A stretch of DNA of 62,298 nt, counting the filler, from Bipalium vagum (taxonomy: Eukaryota): assembly GCA_037834085.1 (NCBI GenBank). It is 3 parts of 3 records of this genome, joined end to end, with 100 filler letters (N's around TTAATTAATTAA, not from the genome) between each part and the next. Parts side by side here need not be neighbours in the genome. Positions count along the whole stretch, not along the records: positions 46,175 to 62,298 come from JBBMKC010125952.1; 2 more parts are not named here. One strand, given 5' to 3'. Within the stretch, counting starts at the first letter, position 1. Every line of letters starts with the position of its first letter. The notes below the pieces were generated by a model, which saw only the letters and a program-made list of their open reading frames with translations, was not told the origin of the DNA and did not search any database. The position numbers were made by a program, and so were the translations under genes. Positions 52,746 through 62,298 of the stretch are shown here, one piece after another.

Positions 52746-55700
52746 GTTATTATTACACATTCTTGAAGATAATAAAACGTATATACAAAAATATTATTAC
52801 AGATTAAACAAAATGAACACTGAAATTACTTCCAGATCAAAATAGGCAATTTATTTTGTATAATACAAACTTAAAGATTTCATTTTTTTATTTTTAGAGA
52901 CTTTTATTCGGTTTAGGTTATGGTAAAAATCATTTTCGTTTAACATAAAACCAATTATTTTATTTCTCTATTCTATATATGAATACCAATAAAAACGTCT
53001 ACGTATAATTCCAAATCTGTCTCATAAAGCCTTTCACTTATGATATTATATATATATAAAAATCATTATTGTACCATTGTCGTACAAAATTGAATGGGTC
53101 CACCTGAAGGAAAAGTTTTGAACGAATTTCGACTCAAATTGACAGAATCGAGATGGGAAAGGCTGCAGAGAAAATTGTCCTAAATTTCGTAACAATTAAA
53201 GGAAAAAATAAATATTTTCTCTCACAGGTAAACTTTCGACACAGTTTTGTTCTATTAGAAATTCTTTCAGGCTTGTCAATTTTGTCAATGAAGAAGGAAC
53301 TTTCTTAATTCGGTTGTTTCTAAACCAAACAAAAAACATGATTATTAACGGAAAAAATAAAATGAAAAACAGCTGACATTTTTCAAACCATTTAAAGGAA
53401 AAATGTCCACAAATGTCCTGAATTAGAGAATTTAGAGACATAAGCCACGTGACTATATGATAAAATATCACGTGCACTAATGTCATATTGCATTGGCATA
53501 GACAAGAGGAGAAATATTATTGGTTACACAGAAAACCAGGGATCATGACAAACGATATTTTTCGTTAGCAAAAGACCAAAATGTCCGACAAAGCGTCAAA
53601 TAATCAGCATTTTCTGACATCTATCTACATCCATTCCAATTTTCGGTATGATATACGTGTCACATGACACTGTCATTGGTATAGATAGGACACTGCCATT
53701 ATATACACACAGTCGTTAACATGTACAAATCATACACTGATACTCACTAACATTAACTCTGCATACATACAGTCACAAACACACATGCAAAAAGGAAAAC
53801 AGGCCACACACAAAATGTTCCAAAATTTAATTATGGTGACATTATTAGCCCTATTTTCGGTTTTTTAGTTATGAATTCATTTCATTCCAGACAGTGAATG
53901 GAATATTTGTCCGTTGAAAATTCTATTTTTACTGATTTCTAATTTGGTTTGTATTTCTGTACATCTAACTAAAAAATCAAAACCGGATAAAGCATGACTT
54001 CTAACGCTTCATTTCTGAACAATATCTACTAGAAACTCACCAAATATTTTTATTTTTTACAATTTCAACTAAGCTTTCTTTTAATTTTTGGCAAATTTTA
54101 TTTATATTTTTATTATTATTACCATTTTACTATTTATTGGTTATTTTATTGATTTACTAAAAATAAGTTGTCATCACAAATAATAAGTTAAATGACAAAA
54201 AGCTATTAATCCTAATTAATAACTTTTAAAAAATTATCGAATAATAATATTCCTCGAGAACCAAACTGAAATGTAGGCACAACACATAGATCGACCTTGA
54301 AAAGTTCAATAATGAGAGGAAAATGAAATAGTTTTAGAAAATAAATATTTTTCCACTTTCATTGAAAACGATGACATAAATCGTTCAGTCAAAATGTCAA
54401 AATTCAATAAAAATTGTCAAAATTTTAAATGTCACAAGAAACAGAATTTCCAGATTATAGTTCAGAAATTTAATTAATAATAATAATAACAATAATACCA
54501 ATGCACTAATAATAATAACAACAATTATTATTTTAATTATTTTCATGACGATTTTGTGAAGTTTATTATGAGTGACCTAAAATATTCAAAATTTTATCAT
54601 TAATCATTTTAATAAAATGTTCAGAAAACGTTCTCAAATAAAAGACAAAGGTGATTATTTTAATTGTTGCACAGATTCGAATAATGAGCTACTTTGAGAT
54701 TTTCATGTCAGCCTATTTTAAATTCGATGAAATTTAAAAGGTTCTGATTATTATAAATTTATCATCGAAAATCTTTATTAAAGTGTCATTGTCTATTTTT
54801 TGTTTATTGCTTAATATCAAAATCAAGAGATACTTCTTAAGACTACATCTGACAAATGAAAGCCAAAAACCAGCAATCCAGTAAATAATGGTGAATGTCC
54901 AGTGGGTTATTGACAATAATACAATTTTCTTTCAATAATTAATTTTACATGTCTCGCATTTGTATCGAAAGTGATATAATTTTCATCGTTTTAATGATAA
55001 CGGTTCCAAAATCTGTCTGATAAATAAAGGGTCTAGATTTTGTCAGACATTCATCATCGATACGTCATCGTGACCTCCTTCTTTTGGTTGTTATGACTGT
55101 AAATTTTTTTTTGTTTTTCTATTGAATGTTCTATTTTTAAAGATTTCCACTTACACTTCTCTCAATGTGGCATGAAAACCAATTTTGGGTTTCCACAGTT
55201 AACAATGGATTTTCGACAATGACTGAATTTTATATTACGGTAATTAAGAGTAATTAATTTGATTAAAGGCTGTAATAAAATCCATAATTGTTTTTCCAAA
55301 TTAAAAAACTGACAACAGAGCCAAAATTCGACATCATTCAATGTGGATTTTCAAACATATTTTATAATTTACTGTGGTACCAAAAAAAGGTTTAATATTA
55401 TTTATCTGATTAGCATTTTCTGAGAATAGTAATTTATCAATAATTTCACCACCCTTTCATTCATAATTTTCATGTTATACTATAATAGAAAATTCTTGAA
55501 AACGTGATATGAGGATAAGAAAATAAGATTTTTTCTGTCACATGAACAGGTGGCTAGAATTTCTCAATTCATATATATATATGTGAAAAATCTGAAGTAT
55601 AGAAACTGCAAAACAGCCATTGTAACTATATATGGACATTTCCACTATGACGTCAGTCTTGTTTGATTAATGGGTTCAAACATTTTTAAAAATACTATTT

Positions 55701-58700
55701 TCTTAATTTTTTTTCTGTTTCTATTTACATTGAAACATTTCATAAAACAATTACTATTATTTGTTCCTATTTGTTCTTCGTCCTTAATAGTTTTGTAAAT
55801 ATTTTTATTTATTTGAGAAATGAGTATTTTGAATATTTTATAATCATTTCTTTTCTTATACGGATTTTATCACTTATTGAAAAGGTTTTTCACCTTGATC
55901 TATTAACAACTATCAGCTTGTATCCAGTAAATCCAAGATTTTTTAAAATTATTTATTTGCTAACCTCAAAAATCTGAATAGTCAAAAAACTTTTTGTCAA
56001 AAATTGGAATCATAAAAGCATTATAAATTTTAAATTTATATTTAAATTCTAATTATATATTTTTTGAGTTATTATTATATTTACTAAATTTATTATTTTA
56101 GTTATTAAGTTTTATAAAGCAAATTAAAATATATTTAAAATTACATTAAAAATATAAATATGGTTTAAAAATTAAAAATTCCTATGATTTGATTGCAACC
56201 AGATATAGTTATATATTATCAAATATGATTGATAAAATCCACTAATGTTGGTAAAGTAAATCAATTTTATTGATTAGTAATAATTATTTTTTTATCTTTT
56301 GAATTTTTATCAGTTTTTGAAAAACTTTCACTTTCCCTCGTTTCTTTCAAATTTATATTCATTTCTAACTCATCAATATCTTCTACCAATTCATGTCTAC
56401 CAAGTAATTATAAAATAGCTTTTTAATCAAACACCCAAAAAAATTTTAAAAATGGCTCAGATTTTTATTTTTTGTTTGGATTGTAAATTTAATATATTGT
56501 TAAACGAATAACAAGGAATCCTTATAAAAATATTTTTTCATCAGAATTAATTAAAATTTGAAAAAACAACAATATTTTCCATAAGTTTAAATTTATTTAT
56601 TTATTTTTATTATTATTATTTATTTATTTATTATTTATTTTATTAAATTATTGAGGGAAACAAATTTTTAGAATCAAAATTTTAGTATATTCTAATTTTT
56701 AAAAATGATTTTACAAAGTTTCATACACATTTTTTCTTTCAGAGAATTTTCAATTAAAATTCTTTCTAATTTTTCAATAGATGCGGTAATAAAAATTTTT
56801 CCAAACATTGATAAATATTTGCAGTTTCATTTTCATTTAAAAATTTATCTTAGATTTTCACTTTTTGATTTAAAATTAAAACGCATTTGAATAAAAGTTG
56901 AACGTGCAAAATAAGTATTAATAAAATATAATTATATAAAAGAATGTCATTGAATAAGGAAATAAACATGTTAAAAATAATTTTAAATTAAAAATTATTA
57001 CAAAGATTAATTAAATAAATAAATAATTAGTATTTTTATGAATTTTTTAATTTTTAATATTATTATTATTATAAATATTATTTTATTTTATTTTTAGTGT
57101 TAAGAAAATCATAAAAAAATAAGAATCATACAAGATATTATTTTTATATTAAATATGATGAAAACTTTTTTATCAAATTAAATTTTTTTAAAATATTTTA
57201 TTTTTGTTATAAAGTTAATTATTAGATTAATGATTCAATCAGAAACAAAGATTAAGATTTCATTTTTTCTTGTAGGCGTTGGACTCTATAACTACTTACA
57301 TGTGCAGATTTTCATGAATTATGTATTTGAGCAAATTTAGCTATTGCAAGTAACTGGTATTACTATAAATGAAAAAGGCATATCAATCGGTCAAATAGTC
57401 GTAAGACTTTCCGATCTCCTTAATACAGTTATAATTAAATCACTGAAAATAAATAATCTTTTGAAGTAATTTTAATAAAAAAATGTTCATTAATTAGTTG
57501 TATTCTTTGATTAAACAAATGATATATCATTCGCGTATTTAAAATGCCCTAATAATTTCAAATCTTTTAAGAAAATATTATAATCACCTAATATTGAGTC
57601 GAATTAGATTCTGTAAGTTTCCAAGCGATTCTGGAAGTTCTGTCAGACAGTTATGCATGAAGTCGATGTCTCGCAAACTTGAGCAGTTGCCTAATTCTGA
57701 AAAAAGAAAAAAACAGTTTACATTAAGTCAATCTATAATTTACTGTATGTTTCATAACAATTCTCCATAAATTGTATCCACCTATTGTTTCCTTATTTTA
57801 ATGCAATTGAGAATTTGAAAAACCAATGATTAACTTGTTCAAAAATGTGACCATTTTGTTTTTTAAAGCTACTAAATATGGTATTATCTCTTTTCCATTG
57901 ATTTAATTTCAACAATGAAATACTGAACGAATTTCTGTAATCAAACGCTGGAACTAGCTTGAGAACAGCTTTCTTATTCCAAAATTTTACATAAAAGTTA
58001 AAATGTGGATCCATATTGATATAGCTGTAAATTTGACATTCATCAAAGACCATGTCACGAATTTATCAGATTATGTCCGAGGTTGTTACATTATTTTTAG
58101 GCTCAAAACATTTTGAGTGTCAAAACGAAATTTCCTTAATCTTTTTTATGAATCGTTTCAATGAATATTCTAGAATATTCTTCATAATATTTATTTATTT
58201 TGCCTTGATTTTGTTTTCTTCACCTCACAAAAATAAACTTTTAAGACCATTGTAAAATCGCGTTTTTCTATTTCGTAAAAAGTTTTTCATATGAAGAGTT
58301 TACACAAGCTTTTTAAAAACTTAATGTCTAGAATTGCAAATTCTACCTTTAGTGTCTTTATTTTGAATTTTTTTAATGTTTATGATTGATATTTACAATG
58401 TTGTTATAAAATTTTCCTAAATCAACCTACACCCTCAATTTCGTGGTAATTTAAAAATAAAAATAATCAATTTTTTATATATTGAATAACACAACAGTCA
58501 GGTGGTTCATATTAACTTTAAATCAATATCTTAGGCGTTTAGATAAAATCTGTGTATCTTTACAATAAAACGGAATTTCAACCATAAAAAGTGCTATTGG
58601 TCTTGTGAAATATATTTTTAATTCAATAAAACATTTAATAATATTTAAATAATTAATATTATTCCATTGCCAATGAAAAACTCTCATTATTGAGAAGTGA

Positions 58701-61618
58701 ATTTTTGTTTAAACTTTATAATTATATAAAAATAAATTGTTATTAAAGGTACAAAACACAAAAATAACTTTAAGAAAAAAGTACATCATATTTGTTCCAT
58801 TTCTTTTTAAAATCTCCAAAGAAAATTTCTTTAAAAATTTAGAAATTTCTTATGGTTTCTCATTTCCTGTAACAATTTATTCTTCTTCCATTAATTATTA
58901 TATTATTTGATAATGTATTTCAACCACAAAAAAAGGAATGATAAGGAATGAATGTGTTCAAGTATCGAACACAGACCTTCCTTTACTTTAATTGACCTAT
59001 CGATAGTTTCCATATATTTTTACCTTGTATGTCTGTTTTTTCGTTATGTACAAAGTTCATTGTCTGGAAAAATTGCAGCTAGACCATGTCTTTTTTCTCA
59101 AGGTTATTTCGCCCTTGATCCTTTATGAATCTTAAGAATATACATGATTCACTCCAAACCTTTTGTTCTAAAAGCTATTGTTATTGATTCAATCAAGATT
59201 TCTAACTTCTTCATCAATTCATAAAATAATATCTAATAATCGTAGATCTCACATTTAGTTGAAATTAAACTGGGTAGAAAACCAAAGTGAAAGTAAATTT
59301 TGTAGAAATGCAAATCTGCTTTAGATTTGTACATTACAGAATCTTTGGAGTCTTATCCATTGCACTTAATAGTTGCAGAAACAATTTGATTTTTCACCTG
59401 TTCTTAGTCGTTTTAAAATTGATTTTCCTGGTTCTAATTCATTACAAAATAACAAGTAGAAATGCTATTATTAATGTTGCTTCCTGTCCATTTATTTTTT
59501 ACAAACACCAGAGATATTTCTCAATTATTATATAAACCTATTCAATCTTCTTTTTTTAATTGAAAGGTTGGATTTTTAAAAATTTTGAACTTTTTCATTT
59601 TTTCCGAAGGTCTCTCTCTATCAAACGTTCATCTCACTGCATTAAAGAGATTGAATATTGAGAATATGATAATTGACAATATAATTTTCCATGGTCAAAT
59701 TTAAATATCGAATTACTTTTACAATGATTGCGCGTAATTTATAGATTAGAATTGATACTACTTAACCAGAATACTGTAAAATTAAGCATCAATTTTACCT
59801 GCTTTAATTACAATTATTTTATTGCCATTTTGTATTAACAATAATTTTCCAATCCCAAAATTGATTTTCATCTATAATATGATTTTTCTCATTTTATTAG
59901 GAAAACTTGTACAATTATTTGAACCTTTCATAAATACTTTTGGCAGAATAATTATTCATTTGCTTTTTGAATAAAATTCACACAGCTGATTTTATGAAGT
60001 CATAATTAAAGATTTTATTTAATTAATATATTACTATTAGTCATTAGTGTAAAATAAAAAACCTACAAAATTTCCTTTGAAGAATAATAAAACCGTTATT
60101 TATCAAACACCTGTTTGAAAGAGAATATTAATATTAATTCTAAAAAACTTGGTTATATTTTATTATATCTTTAATTAAAAATAATACGCGATCGTTTATT
60201 AACATATAGCGGAATTCTGCTTATGTATTTTTATATAACGTTGTGAGTTTGGGAATTTTAACTCTAAATTTTCTGTTGGAATTTAATAATCAATTCTGTC
60301 GCTTTTCAAAAAAATGTGAAATTATATTTCTTTTCATAATTTTCTTTTAAAAAATAATATGATAATGTCATTTCTTTTGAAATTGAAGTATGGGAAAATA
60401 ATAATCAATAAATTATTATAAAAAAAATTATAAATTATCTGGTTTAATTCAATAATTAGTTTATATTAAATAAATATAATATATAAAAATCAATAATATA
60501 ATATATAAAAATCAATAATATAATATTAATTATTATTATAATAAAAATAATAATTATTATTATTAATAAATGAATAATAATAATAATAGATTTAAATACT
60601 ATGTGCTTAATATATCGAATAAATATAAATAAAAAAATTTAAAATAAATAGAAAGTGATAAAATCATTAATAAGTGATAATAAACAGGATTCTTTGTTTA
60701 TTTTGGATAAAATAAAAACCATCTAACCCTCAGGTATTTTTTCAATCTTATTGAAAGCAAAGTTAACGCTTTTCAGATTCTGCAATTTGCCGATAATTTG
60801 GGGGATTTTTACAATATTATTATGATCAAAACCCAAATGATTTAGCTTCTGGAATGAAGAAAAATCATAAGAATCATCATTATTCCCAGTAGTTTTTGTC
60901 TTACCGTCAGATGCCCAAGTAGAGGAGGAAGTATTTCAATTCTGTTTGAAGACAAAAGTAATATTTCAAGATTTTGTAGTTGACTTAAACATTCTGGTAC
61001 AAACTGAATCCGATTTGAACGCAAGTCAAGAACTTTAAGAGAATGACATTTAGACAAATCTGCGGATATTACAGTTATTTTATTTCTTTGCAAATAACAT
61101 CGTTCTAATTCCATTAAAATTGGAAATGTGTCCAATCGCTCCAATTTGTTATCGGCCAACATTAACTCCATTATATGCTTATCTTTCAAGTTTGGTATTG
61201 ATGTAAGCTCGTGGCTTGATAAATTCAAGGTGTTGCTGAAAATCAAGTCATCAATTTTCTTATTGTTATCCTGAAAAATAATATGATTTCTTGTTATTTT
61301 AATTTATTCTAACTTTTTTTCCAGATTTAGTTGTTTTGGGACGCTTGAAATCTTCAAATTGGACATTTGTATATTTTTTGGTTAATTTCGATCTACAGAG
61401 AGATCCATTGGAAACCTTCTCGAGGATGATATTACCTAAAAATGATGATGTAATCATACTTTCCTAAATACCGATGTAAAGGTCTTACTGGAATTATTGG
61501 AATAACTTTTATTATTTTCATAATTTGCACGGGTTTCACAATTATCAACATATTCTACCTGAGATTCACTTGGAACCTTTGTATTTATAAAGACACTAGG
61601 TTGTGGTAAGCATGCCAT
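47061..61618 (-). CDS. SHOC2: Leucine-rich repeat scaffold SHOC2/Sur-8/soc-2; exons 61618-61489, 61435-61314, 61270-60905, 60848-60728, 57696-57588, 53319-53226, 53179-53075, 51626-51509, 49652-49528, 49480-49323, 47128-47061; final exon(s) not found
   Basis: All introns GT-AG with consistent phases, giving 505 open codons. Diagnostic matches: ELGNCSSLRDIDFMHN (EIGNCTQITNLDLQHN), LSRNSFKTFPSGGPIQF (LARNCFQLYPVGGPSQF), IPNGILSMAK (IPFGIFSRAK), DITYWTSLKELDLSSNQL (DFGTWTSMVELNLATNQL), LAENDLRIIPPEIG. Confidence 0.92.
50669..50742. repeat. Imperfect (ATT)n microsatellite
   Basis: Direct inspection. Confidence 0.8.
51780..52560 (-). mobile_element. Degenerate cecropia-like mariner in a SHOC2 intron
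   Basis: FFQRIVTYEEKWVLYDNRK...PKHFPK (ORF 52122-52349); SPNLSPTDYN further downstream. Confidence 0.8.
52685..52745. repeat. (ATT)n microsatellite
   Basis: Perfect run, which produces the poly-Ile spurious ORF 52663-52845. Confidence 0.95.
57790..58420 (-). mobile_element. Possible P-element/THAP9-like transposase relic in a SHOC2 intron
   Basis: MVFDECQIYSYINMD resembles the P-family LxFDEMxI...D motif; upstream SSYEKL resembles the KAYxYLR region. Confidence 0.45.
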
Positions 61619-62106
61619 TTGAATTTGAGATTTCTATATTTTAAATTGTTTATACTCAAAATTTATAATTTAACAACACGATTTATAGAATTTAAATGAT
61701 AATTCAAATATAATTATTATATATATATAAATTAATTAATACATTAAAAGAAACTACGAGAATATTATAATTTTAAATTTTAAGTTATTTATTATTAAAA
61801 ACAATTTAGTAAATTATTAAAATTAGTTATTATATTAAGTTTATTTTTTAAAACAATGAAACTTTAATATTTCGATGCAAATTAATTTCTTTTACTTTTT
61901 AATATGCTTAAGTTTCGCTTAATAAAAACTGAACCACTTTTTGTTAATCATCAAAACAATTTAATATTAAATTATACTAAATTCTGTTTATTTTAATTAA
62001 TAATTTAATTAATAGAAAGGTTTATATATAAAAATGATAATAAAATTATGCAAAAAATTTATATTGAACTCAAAGCTAGTTGGTGAATGAATGAATAGAT
62101 TAACTT

Positions 62107-62298
62107 TGTTCACTATTTAGTGTATCAAATTTAGACCTAACTCCAAATCTTAGGTGGTGCAAATATAAAACAATCAGTAAAGCAACAATTGTATTTATAC
62201 ACAAACACAAAATACAGTACACGGAATTACAAAAGATAATGCAAGAGTCTGGGATCACAATTAATGTCTGAAATGTTACACCAATCTCACACTATCTT
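62107..62298. repeat. Dispersed repeat, copy 2 (possible LTR terminus), truncated by the window end
   Basis: Homologous to 26252-26388 in the same orientation. Confidence 0.8.

Noticed and set aside
1-62298. CRISPR array or prokaryotic defence system
   Set aside because: No regularly spaced repeat-spacer array and no operon-like genes; the sequence is spliceosomal-intron eukaryotic DNA.

Overview
Very AT-rich eukaryotic (invertebrate animal-like) scaffold with three N-gaps; not prokaryotic, no CRISPR, rRNA or intact tRNA. Host genes rebuilt by hand from GT-AG splice sites and frame continuity: (1) the last two exons of a CCDC112 homologue (+, 970-1466); (2) an ANKRD63-like ankyrin gene (+, 4 supported exons, 30265-35381); (3) a SHOC2/Sur-8 leucine-rich-repeat gene (-, 11 exons, 61618-47061, last ~65 aa not found). 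The main hidden feature is a decayed, intron-containing FLVCR (SLC49) MFS-transporter pseudogene. About a dozen exon remnants lie collinearly across ~2690-24360 and are invisible to the ORF track. The remainder is mostly dead mobile DNA: several mariner lineages with TIRs and TA TSDs, a pogo/Tigger element, a Tc1-type MITE, Chapaev3, Merlin, P/THAP9-like and Gypsy relics, and a multi-gene Maverick/Polinton-adintovirus-like endogenous fragment (~43700-45760). All homology calls come from motif recognition by eye against remembered family sequences; no database search was run. I found no convincing wholly new biological system.
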